DNA of 64,000 bases from Raillietiella orientalis (lineage: Eukaryota): positions 1,984,001-2,048,000 of the forward strand of contig JAYWIR010000011.1 in the NCBI GenBank assembly GCA_036172245.1, in the 5' to 3' direction. The notes under the pieces are model-generated. The model searched no databases. It was given only the letters and a program-made list of their open reading frames with translations, and was not told the DNA's origin. Made by a program: the position numbers and the translations under genes. The stretch's first letter is position 1; every line of letters begins with the position of its first letter. This document shows, piece by piece, positions 49,801 to 61,383 of this stretch.

Positions 49801-52332
49801 TCCGTGAGCCTTCCACACCCTTAGAAAGCCAACCGGCAGAGTGAATGCAACCCGAAAAGCGTCTGACCTTTTTTCCTTTCCAATGGAATCTCAAGGTACG
49901 AAGCCAGGACTTCGTGGAGAGGGACTTTGGCGCGGTGGATTTGAAACTCTGAGGACGGGCGCGCCCCGCAGACGTCGGTCGACGCAGACGGAAAAGCGTT
50001 TGGATGCTTCACGTTGCCTTCCGCAGGATCAGGATTGCCAAGGTCTGAAGAAAAGGAGCACAGGAACGGCGCCCACGCGTGTTCTCGAGAGCGGGAAAGC
50101 GCGCTCGAAATTCGCTCCGAACGAAAACGGGAAAAGGGGGGGGAGGGGGAAAAAGGAAGCGAAGAACGCGCCTTGCTTGGCAGCCGGAGGAAGCGAACTT
50201 CAGCGACGTCCTCATGGATTAGAATGTAATGAGGAGGGATGAGAACTTCTTCCACCGTTGCAGGATTCCGTCTTTTCCTTTGCGATGGAGGTAACCTTGC
50301 CGGATGAAGCCGAGGAAACACGAAACGGGGATACGAAGCTGGCTGCGAACTCACTGGGGAAGCTGACTACCAATCTGAAGGATGAATCCATTGGCCCCAT
50401 CGTTCACTTGGCAAACCGTGCCACCAGGCTGCACGACCCCATCGGGAGAGCTGGAGACGTCGTGATGCTTGGATTAAGCTGCAGCGCTGGCGAGAGGTGA
50501 ACAGCAATCGAAAGGCATGAAGTTGCTCGTGGTTTCAAATTTGTCACTAAGGGGCCGTTTCCATCTCTTCTTGACAAACCATCCACGACGTGTAGATAAT
50601 GAATGGCTGCACTGTTCTGCGGAAACACGCAAAGCGATTCAGCACACCACGTGTTTTCGAGAATGCTTGTTGAGAAAAACAGCATCCCTCCGTCCCTATT
50701 CCAGATCTGTTTCTAGGGAGAAAGCGGTTTATTCCGGTGTGGATGCTCAGCTGTGATCTGGAGTCAGCTCCTGAAGAACCCAGCGTTGCGTGAATGGAAA
50801 TCAGCCCATAGGTACTAAATAGAGATAAGTGACTGGTGTAGGAGACGAAAGCTAGGGAAGTGTACATGAAGCGAACGTAAAAAAAAAAAAAAATAGTGAA
50901 AATGAGGATGAAAAAGCATCCTGTAAAACTTCAAACGAACACATTTAGAATGCTGGAAATCGAACCGAGATTTTGTGCAAAGTGTTGCGTGCTCCCGTCT
51001 TCAAGGATGCAACCCCGTCCAGGAAACAAATCCCTCCGTTCCGTATTGAAGTTCCAAGCATGTTTCAGTGGAATCTGCGGTTTAACGAGGATGCATCCCA
51101 AGGCACTCTGGAAAAGTGGACCTTAGATGCTCATTAAATTAATATGAGATTCCAATGCCACTGGTTTCTATCGATCGCTGGCAACAGCGATGTCCGTCGA
51201 TCAGGTGGCGAAGAGCAATTGAGACTGCCCGCCCATTTTTACTCGAATCGAAAAATGCTGACAAAAGAGGATCAGCGGGGGTCCAAATTCTGCAACAGCC
51301 TCCCTGTTTGACAGAACCTTCGAAAATAGAATGACGCAAGTTTAGCAGTTCCTTAAGAGAACTCATAAATCCTCGCCACATTTTTCATTGGCTGCACGAC
51401 TGCATACGATCCTTAGTATACACGAATGCGTGTACGTGTATGTGTGTGTGTGGAAACTGTTTACAAACATCAGCTGGCCCGCTTTGCACCATTTGAAATG
51501 AAAGTTGGAGCGACGGGGAGCGAGTGGGAACCTGGTGAAAGCAGCTGATTTTTTCCGACAACGGCAAAAGAAAACCGAAAGAGGCACGGAAGCAGCGGCC
51601 AGAACATCGTTTCGCTCTCAGATGGGGTAAATTGAAAAAGGAAAAAAGGGGTAAAGTGCGTTAACTGTGCACCCACAGATTCACAACAAACAGATCTGGC
51701 GAACTCGGAACGAATCGGACTCTCCCGTGACTGGGAGATCCGGCAGGAATCCCGAATTCCGTCTCCTGAGCAGCGCAAACAAAAGAGTATACGGTCGTCG
51801 GGATGCGGCACGAAGCCCCAGAACAGGAAGGAGACCGCAGGACACCAAACCAGATACGCGCGAGCTGAAGCTGGAATTTCACATGAGAACTCTCGGCATG
51901 CGATCATCGTGGGCGCAACCGCAGGTGCCACCCCACGGGATCCAGCAAGGAACTGCTCCGCATTCCCTGTGCATTTCCTCCTCGCTTCGGTCCTCCGCTC
52001 CCTGGAGAAGGAAACAGTCCCCCGGAACCCACAAGGAATTTGAGATCAACGCCGTGTTCCACGCCTGCAGGGTCATCATCTCCCACGACTCAACGTCTCT
52101 TACAAGAACAAAGTAAAAGGTCACCCTCTGAGACCTCAGCCGCAAAGTGGCACCTAATATGGAAGAAATGCACCTCTCTAAGGCAAGAACCAGTCCGAAA
52201 CCCTTCCCGGCGCAAAAAAGGCTTCTGGAAATTTCGCGTAGACGATCGCATTTCCAAAGAGGACAAAGGTTACATGCGATTGCTGTAAAACTTTATCACA
52301 CATGCCGCATACATCAAAATTGAGAACTTTCG

Positions 52333-52366
<34 letters not shown>

Positions 52367-55154
52367 AAAAGAAAAGAAAGCAAAAGAAATCGGATTTCTT
52401 TCTTTTTTTTTTTTTGCTTAAAAAAAAAAAAGCAGAAGGCCAAATCATCCCACGTTCATTCAGAACGAAAATAATCGTGCAGGACACATAGCTACGCACT
52501 CTTTGACCATCGAATGGCTGCTGGTTGTTGAACGGTGTAAGAATGACTCTCCGTAACTATTTTCAAGCATCTTTGGAGGCAGCCGGAAGAGAAGGAATCA
52601 CTCGCGTGTGCCATCTTCTTTCGCAGCGGAATACTACTTTCGGAATGCCCCTTCTTGTGCCGGTTTCCCGAACGCAACTTTCAGTGACAGCTAAATGGGA
52701 TGGAAACACGAAGAACGAAGAAGAAGAAGAAGAAGAAGAAAATGCTTCTGTACGTGATTTCGCTCGTTCAGTTCCGGTCACGGATGCTGATTCCCTAGCT
52801 GCCAAACGGAGGGGAAAAAACGGCCGATGCAGTTCCGCTTTTAAACGTCCTCGAAAACACGGATCGAAAAATTGTTAGGGCGTTGAGAGCGAAGAGTATT
52901 TGTGATTAAAATCGGTTGTTCAGGATGGAGATTTTGCAGCTGGAGCACAATGATGACGAAGGCGAAAACCACGCAGCCTGTGGATCTTGTAAGCAGGCGA
53001 TCCTGAGCCAGACAAAAGCATGCCTGGAGGATAAGCACGCTTTAAAACCAGTCACTGTAGGATTACCCATCTGTGAGTGAGGACCAAGCTGCAGACAGTA
53101 AATGTCCTTCTCGCATTGGGAAGACAGCGGGCATTTCCTAACAGTAATGTGTGGACATCCACAAGGTAGGATGCCGTGTAAGATGCAAGGAACCGAGACG
53201 TACGGATAGCTCCGAAATTCAGATTCGTTCCCCGTAGAGTGAAGCTGCAGCAGACGAAGAGGTCTTTAATCCCTTACGTCATGCCATGTCGGGAAACACA
53301 AGCACGTCGCTCCACGATCACGTCAGGCAATTGAAATTGGTACGTTCCCCGTGTGGAAGTAAGGAGAGGTCAAGAATGGAACGAAGTTGACTTCCTCGAG
53401 CAAACTGCAGTAACTTGTCGTTCCAGCAGAAGGGCGATGCGTCTCTCGAAGGTCCAGAAAAGGAGCGGAAGTAGATGGGAAGCAGCGTAAAAGTTTCACA
53501 GACAGAGGGACAGGTAAATCCCCCCTCCCCTCTCTCTCTCTCTCTCCATCTGCCTGTGAAGCAGCCAAGTTTGGAACACCGGATGATTCCTTGGCGAAAT
53601 AGGCAAGAAAGCTTCAAACGCCTTAGATCAGAAAACTAATAGAGTAGTTGGATTACTGACGATTTTCAACAGCGGCAGTCGATGCAACCGTGAGATTCCG
53701 TGTTCTAAATCTGTGCACTTGGCTAAGCTTCCGAGGACCTGCCTTTGAAGTAGGAGGCAGATCGAAAAGATCTGCCGTAGTGCTGCCTGCTAGGAGGAGC
53801 AAAGATCGGCTTCTCGAAAGGCACGAGACGTGCAGGCTGCAGCCGTGCAGGTGTGGAAGCTGGAGCAGGAGCAGATTCGTGGAACACGATGACGAAATCT
53901 CACGAAAGTGAAGGAATCGCGCTCCCTTCCACGCGGTGGGGTTGGTGGGGGAAGGGGTACACGAAAGGGCGAATCCCGATTTGGAGGTGCGATATGCTGG
54001 TGCTTTCGTGTCGTAGGAATCGCACGGTGAGCATCGCAAATTCGTCGGAAATCTCAACGTTCTCGAGAGCGGCGATCGGGAAACTGAGAGGTAACCATCC
54101 GTAACTTGAGGAAATCCAAGCAGAAGGAGAACTGAAAGGTAACGTCGAATGCTAGTAAGAGACACGTGAAACAGAAAACCAAGTGAGAAATTACCTGATT
54201 ACCAGTGCCAGGATTTTAGTGGCCTCTCTGGAACCAAGGTCACTGTGAAACAAGGCAGCACCATAAGCATGAACTAAGAACGCAAGATAAACTGATAACT
54301 TTGCACTGCATCCTTTTCAACTGCGAGATAAAAAAAAAAAAAAAAAAACCTGGAAGCAGGAAAAGAACTTCTAGATCAAACCCCAATACGCAGTAGAAGG
54401 CAAGCCGGGACACGGTCTCCATAACCGACTGCCGCAGAAATGATCCATAAGAGGCGGTTTATTGTAGAGATGAGGTGTTTGACGAGTATTTAATGAAATC
54501 AAAAGCTAACCAGTCAAGGATGCCTTTTTTTATTCTGGACGACCACCAAATTTGCTTTTATGATGATCGCAGCAAGGTATGTGTCCACTGTGTGGGAATC
54601 CGTGGATGACTTGACTGTGTACGTGGGGGCATTTCCGTCATTTTGGCCAACGGCTCAAAGCACGCCTTCTCCATCTTGAACAACTTGAAGTGAGGGAATT
54701 GGGGAAGCAATGAAGGGCGCAGTGGACGCTTCCTGACGGACTCTCTTGCAAATAGGAAAAAAAAAAATAAATACCGGTTGTAAAAACCGCGGCGTGGCCG
54801 CTGCACGAGCTTTCCTGGATGCTGCTCTTCGCCTGCCGGGAAAAGGCGCTCTCTCCCCTTTTCTAAATTCAGGGAAAATGAGGCTCGCGTTGTTTCTGGT
54901 TCTTTTCCTTTTGGCGACGCGTGGCCATTCGGTTGCGCCTCATCGCATGAGAAATTTGGGAGGGCAAGCAACGTGCCCTGCTACGTGTGTGGTTGTGCCA
55001 CCCAGCCGTAGGGAACACCCCAAAACTGAAAACGGGAAGCGAAGGCGCCGAGACTGAGCACCGAGCAGCCAGAAATCGAAAATGCGATTCCACCACTTCC
55101 ATTCCTCGCAAAAATTTTGCATATCTCTCAAAGTATTGTAATTGATGTTATACA

Positions 55155-55356
55155 TGAGTGAGGCGAGTCGGTAAGAGTCAAATGGGCTTGTTGATAGGGA
55201 AGTATTAGTTGTTGTTAGGGGGATGTTTATGATTTTTATTTTATATCAATGATTATGTAGATTTATAAATTTAGGTTTCATTATCTCAGAATCCTAATGG
55301 AATAAAATTTTTAATTTTCTGTTGAGTCATATCCCTGGGAATGTTGTAATTAGTAA
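55155..55356 (-). pseudogene. NUMT continuation (possible tRNA remnants and an atp6-like fragment)
   Basis: Same AT-rich skewed composition; PIWLLPTR resembles the ATP6 N-terminal WL.PSR motif. Confidence 0.35.
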
Positions 55357-55407
55357 GAGACGAATTTTAGGTTAGGTCGAAACTAATTGTGTTATCACTT
55401 TTGTCTA
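55357..55407 (-). pseudogene. trnR: NUMT: mitochondrial tRNA-Arg(UCG), apparently lacking the T-arm
   Basis: TAGACAA-AA-GTG ATAA CAC-A-ATTAG TTTCGAC CTAAC-CTAAAA-TTCGTCT directly abuts the nad3 incomplete stop. Confidence 0.65.
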
Positions 55408-55737
55408 AGAATATTCATGAGATGGAGCCGGTATGAAGTTCATATTTTAATCCTGAAATTAAAAAAAGAATGAATGACGTTAATGCAATGGCTGAGGGAA
55501 GTGTAAGGGATGGTGGTGGGAGTGGTAAAGGGAGGATAATAGCTAGTTCGATGTCGGAAATTAGGAAGATGATTGTAATTAGAAAAAATTGAATAGAGAA
55601 TGGGAAACGTTGTTTTTTGGGTCAAATCCGCATTCGAAGGGAGTTGAAGTATTGTAGTTAAATTGAGGTGTAATTTTAATGATTATTGCAAGAGAGATGA
55701 TGAGAATGATAACAAAAAGAGATGGTTAAAATAATAT
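55408..55737 (-). pseudogene. ND3: NUMT: mitochondrial NADH dehydrogenase subunit 3, frameshifted
   Basis: In the invertebrate mitochondrial code it reads STPFECGFDP / QRFPFSIQFFLITIIFLISDIELAIILPLP...LISGLKYELHTGSISWMF-T (TGA=Trp, incomplete stop). There is a frameshift in the A-run after DP, and a strong C/A strand skew. Confidence 0.92.
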
Positions 55738-56438
55738 TTCTTAATAGAAGAGACAAAATGGTATGCCTGCAGCCTAAGAGTTTCCAGACCTATGCCTTCC
55801 TCGAAAAAATACTTGCAGGACTGCCGTGACGACCTCTTTCTTACCACATTTTCTTCTTTCAATGCATTCCAAATGCCAGAATCTTTCGGTCCAAGAGTAC
55901 TTATCGTGAGTTACAGTGTGCTTTGATGTACCATACATGTCGAGAATGGTAACAAATACAATTTGCTATAGTAAGGAAAACAACAAAACGTTCGATAGTA
56001 AGGAATACAGCAAAAAAAAAAAGTGTGGTAATATAGTTGTAAGGAGCAGTTGAAAATACGTCGAAAATGTAGGATTTGCCAAACCACTCAAAATTTGGTT
56101 CCAACTTTTTAGAGTTCATATTTTTAAATGGTGCATGTATACATATATTATATTACGTAAGATAAAAAACACAGCTATATCACATACATGCGCGCACACA
56201 CACACACACATTCGGGAGCACGTTGGAACGCGAAATCGCCAAGTTGCTAGGCGTTTCCTGCAACACCAAATCCAGGAAGGGTTTGGTCCTGACCAAAGCC
56301 CTATGGGGGGCTGGACTGTGGCCCAACTTACAAATGGAACGAGCGGCACGCGTTCAGGAAATAATTTCATTTTACGAAAATTCCTGGCAGCCGCCCTTGG
56401 CATACCACTCAAGACAACTACTGCCCCGCGGCTAGTAC

Positions 56439-56677
56439 GGACAGGACGCCTGGCACGAAGTCCCCATCCCTGTCAAGGCAAGTTTTCGTCATCAACCACC
56501 TCCCCGCTTACTTTTTCTGAAGTCTGAGATTCGTGGGGCCCAGGAGCCCACGCGCGGCGCAGAGTCCGCTGATCTGTGCACACTTCTCCGGAAATGACAC
56601 AAACGCGGACGACATTCAGCAAACACGTCAGGCGGTCAGGCGCTCCCCCCCCCCCCCCCCCCACGTCCCTGCACGCC
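56439..56677 (-). pseudogene. diverged duplicate of ash1 61046-61271 (AWS/SET junction, including the 42-nt intron)
   Basis: Colinear match, e.g. ccccatccctgt, gcttactttttctgaagtc, ccaggagcccac, acattcagca. It has indels and has lost conserved residues. Confidence 0.93.
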
Positions 56678-58303
56678 CAACAAAAAGTACCACCACTTGG
56701 CGCGAAGAGAATTTACAAACCGAATGTTTGCAAATTCCACAGTGCGGTTCTGCTCGCTGCTTTGGTTGGAACAAACCTTTCCTGGATTCGGAGTTCCAGA
56801 AAACGCCTAATATCCTCCTACTATGTACTTCTTGCAGTTCCCTTTCCTGATGACGGTTGCAACAAAATCTCACGACTGCTTTAAATGTTGGTTCACTGAT
56901 TTCCCCTTGGGCCTTTCATAGATTCAGTCACCATGAAATTCTCAAGAGTTCCTTTTAATCCCCGGGCTGAAAAGTCTTCATAAGATCGCAAGTGGGAGAA
57001 GAAGACGAAAAAAAGAGAGAGAGAGAGAGAGAGTGACATTCCCTCCCCACTTATTCCTCTACCCTTGAGCAAGGGCAGTATCCTATTCAGAGAAGGAAAC
57101 TGAGACGGGATTATTGCTGGTTGAAAGCTCATTTCCAGACTTCTCTTGCCTTTCAACTCGCAAGCAATCAACGCTCTACTGTGTCTCATTCGTTCACTGC
57201 CTTCCACGCATGTACACGTGTATGTGAGTGTACGTGTGGAGAATGAGACGCGGTGACGTTTCGATGTCCAAGCACGCGCGTGGATACCTTTTTTCTTTGT
57301 CTTTTTTTCATATTCCCCTTTTCCTGCTGACGTCCCAGCTGGAAGGAAGTGTTCTCTTCGAATACACTAAAAACTATGCGATAGCGTTTCCAACTCCCCC
57401 CCCCCCTCGGGCGAGGCATCCGAGTGGGCGTCCACGGATGCTCATCTCGCTCATTCAGGTCCGCGGGTGTTCTTTCCCTGTTCGCATCCCAATGCATCAG
57501 ATGCAGGAAAAAACAAAACGACGGCCTTGCATTTCTTGTCCACGTCCCACGATCAAGTTATTGCAAAAAAATATCCTCAAAAAAATCCTGTGGGTTGACC
57601 GTTGCTGTGGTGTTCGCTTTTTGAACACCGAGGGTTCGATGCTGTTTGTACGGAGCTGCGAGTTTCGGATGGCGTGACCCTGCACGCGTGTCCATGCCCT
57701 CACTCTCTTCGTAAAGGAAAATCAATAATCTCGGAGCAATTTCTCAAAAGAAAAAAATACACAATAAGCAGCAATGCTGGGGAGAGCACTCCTTGCTAAG
57801 TTCCTGAAATCAGCAGAGTTTCAACAAGGTCATTTGCCACTAGGGATTTGTACAAGTTTATAGTATCAGGTCACATAAGATGAGCACGGCGCAAGAACCA
57901 CGTGATTCTTCTCGTCTCTGCCGGTACAAAAAAAAAAAAAAACTCCATGATGGAAATCCAACATCCACCGAGCATTGGCATACTTTCAAATTTAAGATGA
58001 CACAACAAAGATATTTACTCCCATTTTTCTTTCTTCTTTAAATAAGGGAAATGACACACAGCATTAATGGGTAATAATAATTGATCAAACATTCTGGCAA
58101 CGAACAACGTTTTCATTCACCTTGCTGAGGGACTCTCTTCAACATCCGCCATTAGTGTGAAACAAAACCACACATGCATCATATCTAACTTAATGACGGT
58201 CATCGATGGAGCTGAAAATCAAAACTCTTTTGTGCTGCTGATAATCTTTCGCAGGCGTAATCATTTCCTTATCTCAATTCCTCACTTGATTTTGCAAAAA
58301 TCT

Positions 58304-58309
58304 TTTATT
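58304..58309 (-). promoter_or_regulatory. candidate ash1 polyadenylation signal
   Basis: AATAAA on minus, ~155 nt after the stop codon. Confidence 0.45.
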
Positions 58310-58461
58310 CGTGATCAGTATGGAACGGTTTTGTTAAGCCAGAAGGTGAAAACAAAAAAAAAAAAAACAAAAAAAAAAAAACAAGTAGTAGTACTGTTGT
58401 ATTGCCAAAATTTGGCATCTACAAGGTTACAGTAGTAATCAGATTTACAGCTCCACATACA

Positions 58462-58758
58462 TCATTGAGTATCTCTGCAGGGCTTCGCACGGAAACGCCG
58501 ATTGTTCAAAAGATAGGAGAGATCAGCTTCAGGGTGTTCAGGCAAAAGTGACAAGAGCTTTTCCAAAATCCTATTCAGGCGTTGGCGTTTGGCCGGGTTC
58601 TGCAACTTGGGAAAAGTTGCATTTACAAGCAAATGCATCTTTACCTTCCCTGGCAAGACCTGGCTAACAGAAGTTGCTGGCTTCTTCTTCTGCCCATCAT
58701 GAGATTTGCGAGAATTCGAAACACATTTGGCACGGAATTCTTCAGGTACTTCATGAGG
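58462..58758 (-). CDS. ash1: ash1 last coding exon (may contain a 45-nt intron at 58600-58644)
   Basis: Acceptor TTAG; PHEVPEE...KRQRLNRILEKLL...DLSYLL...DTQ then TGA. Confidence 0.8.
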   Translation of the reverse strand, partial: PHEVPEEFRAKCVSNSRKSHDGQKKKPATSVSQVLPGKVKMHLLVNATFPKLQNPAKRQRLNRILEKLLSLLPEHPEADLSYLLNNRRFRAKPCRDTQ

Positions 58759-58804
58759 CTAACAAACAAATGCTTGCTTTCATTGAAGAACAATTCTTAC
58801 TTAC

Positions 58805-58877
58805 TGCATAGTTCCTGCATGGTCTCAGCCTCTCTGGAAAGCGTTCAAAAGCAAATGGCAAAGTGCAAATTGCATTT
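58805..58877 (-). CDS. ash1: ash1 exon (post-BAH)
   Basis: NAICTLPFAFERFPERLRPCRNYA; GT-AG flanks, phases consistent. Confidence 0.88.
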
Positions 58878-58929
58878 CTACATGTTAACAATAATATAAG
58901 CAATATGTATATCCATGCTCATCACCTAC

Positions 58930-59196
58930 TTGCTTTTCCCTATTTTGGCAAACATGCGGGCACAGCGATCCACTCTTAATTCACAAATGTAAACATGTTT
59001 CTCAATAGCACCAAGTGGACGACCTTTACAGAAGGTATTCAAATCCAGAACCCAGCAATGGCCAATTAATAATCTCAATGGGACAACTTCGTACAATGGA
59101 ACACGGACTACTTCTTGGTGAAAAAATTTTCTGGAGGGCTCATGAAATGTTTCATGTGGACGGAGGTAATGATGACCCAACGCAAATCGTTTACCT
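58930..59196 (-). CDS. ash1: ash1 exon (BAH domain)
   Basis: GKRFALGHHYLRPHETFHEPSRKFFHQEVVRVPLYEVVP...CWVLDLNTFCKGRP...YICELRVD. Confidence 0.95.
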
Positions 59197-59240
59197 CTGA
59201 TACATTTGATCACAAAAATTAATTAACAAATTCATTTTAC

Positions 59241-59385
59241 TGTTTTGTTATCCACAGCTTTTCTACACGATAAATATCAAAGTCGTTGGTATCCAAATCT
59301 CCTGTTTTATATCCCTCTCTAGCTTTTTCAACAGCAGCATCCAGCTGACTTGCAGGTGTATCTCGTAACACATACAAACAATCTC
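59241..59385 (-). CDS. ash1: ash1 exon (start of BAH)
   Basis: GDCLYVLRD...DIYRVEKLW; GT-AG flanks. Confidence 0.92.
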
Positions 59386-59427
59386 CTACAAACAGATGGG
59401 CTTATTGTTTATACAAAATTTTCAAAC

Positions 59428-59872
59428 CTTGGCAAATTTGCAATCCATCATCTCTGCACAGGCTTATGTGATAAAGAACATGTTCTGCTTCATGTGGTTC
59501 TTGACCTGGATATAATGGAGGAGATTCAGAAGGTTGTACAGGCATAAGAATGTCCAAATTGACACAGCGTGGGCTACATCTCTCACACACATATTTTTCT
59601 TCTGGATATGCTTGAGTATTGCCCCATATGCAAGAACAGTGCTGCCACACGTTACACTCATCGCACTGAATCATTAACCCATCTTCATGATATGAACGAC
59701 AGATACATCGGACTACATCCTTGGTACTGGTCACACTTCCTCGTTTGGCTGGATTCCATTCCCCAAAGGAAGGAGGAAACATGCCCAGAATTGTTTGCAA
59801 TGTCTCAGCATGTTCATTCCAAGATTCTTGGTAGACTTGTTTAAGAGATAAGAGATCAATACCAAGATGTAT
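59428..59872 (-). CDS. ash1: ash1 exon (PHD finger)
   Basis: DVVRCICRSYHEDGLMIQCDECNVWQHCSC...YVCERCSPR. Confidence 0.95.
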
Positions 59873-59913
59873 CTGCAGTAAAGGTGTAACAGGAAAATAT
59901 GCAACTGACTCAC

Positions 59914-60098
59914 CTGCCCACTGATAAATAGTCGGCACATATCCTTGTGAAACATATCCACAGAGAGATACTGACCAGTTAAAATGTTTTTTTCGATCGC
60001 CGTTAAAGTTATTGGCTCCAATTCTTTTTCATAGTATTGTGATGACGGCTTGGATATAGGTTGCATGAGACAAGCAGTGAGCAATGTTCCCTTTTCAT
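59914..60098 (-). CDS. ash1: ash1 exon (bromodomain)
   Basis: YYEKELEPITLTAIEKNILTGQYLSVDMFHKDMCRLF. Confidence 0.92.
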
Positions 60099-60141
60099 CT
60101 AATTCTTTTTAGAGATCTTCTAAAGAAATCTGCTAACTAAC

Positions 60142-60364
60142 CTTTAGCAGTGGCAATACATGAGTAAACCTTTTGGAGAATCTGGGCAAGCTTGGCAATT
60201 CTGCTCATTTCTGGATGATCCTCGGCTAAAGCCAATCTGCGAGTGCGTACAGACCGACTTGTATGCAAAGCATTGAAATGGATCAGAAAAGCTGCATCTC
60301 CATCTGGGGTACGTCCACTTGAAGGTGCCACTTGTTGATTAAGCCTCTTTCTCGCCAATTTCAC
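60142..60364 (-). CDS. ash1: ash1 exon (pre-bromodomain)
   Basis: RSVRTRRLALAEDHPEMSRIAKLAQIL, a conserved Ash1 segment. Confidence 0.9.
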
Positions 60365-60414
60365 CTGCCCAAACATACTGTCTTCTCTACTTGTATGTTT
60401 TCTCATCATCATAC

Positions 60415-60842
60415 CTTTTCCAAATTTCTTAAAAGAAAGCAGCATCTTTCCCTGACAAACAACAGCTGCTGTTGAGTCAAAGGACGCAATTTTGCATTTT
60501 TAGTTCCTTTGTCAAAACAATCACAACTTGACTTGCTACACTTTCCTTGCCTAGGAAGTTTAGGAGGAGGTTTCTCCTGATGCTTCACAATGGCATCTCT
60601 ATGGGAAGCTTTACCAGGACGCATTATTTGGGATTTGCCACCAATAACACCACGACAATTGGTGCTCCCACATTTGCAAACTTGTCCTTCTGCAGAATTA
60701 AATAAAGCAAAATTGTAATCATATCCTAGTTCAACACCAGCAGGAATATCTTCTTTGGCATATAAAACCATGCGGAAGAGGCCACCAACCATCCACTTTT
60801 GCATTTCACAATTGGGTTCACACGAATGATTAACAAACCTTG
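60415..60842 (-). CDS. ash1: ash1 exon (C-terminal half of SET, post-SET)
   Basis: [17 protein letters not shown]...ELGYDYNF...[17 protein letters not shown]. Confidence 0.97.
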
Positions 60843-60889
60843 CTGAAAGCAAGCACATGTACAACTCTTTCTCTAAACATAGTCACTAC

Positions 60890-61076
60890 CTTTCCCACCC
60901 ATGCGATGAGCATCGATAACCAAGCCACTATCCAACTGAAGACAATAATGATGATTGTCATGCAGGTACCTATCCTGCATACGATTCTTGAATTCTCGTT
61001 CGCTGATTACTTCCCCAACATATTCCATTATAAAATCCCCTGCTTGGATAGGACGCCTAGTACGAATTCCCCATCC
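60890..61076 (-). CDS. ash1: ash1 exon (N-terminal half of SET)
   Basis: [33 protein letters not shown]...[20 protein letters not shown]. Confidence 0.97.
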
Positions 61077-61118
61077 CTGTTAAGGTAATTTTTTGTGATC
61101 AACTACCTCATTGCTTAC

Positions 61119-61339
61119 TTTTTCTGAAGTCATAAATTTCTGGAGTCCAGGAGCCCACTCATGGCGCTGAATTCGCTGATTTGTGCACATTTCTCCAGAA
61201 GGACACAAATGTGGACAACATTCAGCATACATCAGGCGGTTCAGGCACTCTTCCCCACATCCCTGCATGCCTGAGTCTGGTTTTTTACAATTACATGCAT
61301 GCATTTCTTGGAGCACAGGCTTGACATCATAATATACAT
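61119..61339 (-). CDS. ash1: ash1 exon (AWS domain)
   Basis: NVYYDVKP...CNCKKP...CGEECLNRLMYAECCPHLCPSGEMCTNQRIQRHEW. Confidence 0.96.
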
Positions 61340-61383
61340 CTGACAAATGGTGAAATTAAGCACACCACTATCTGTGCACTTAC

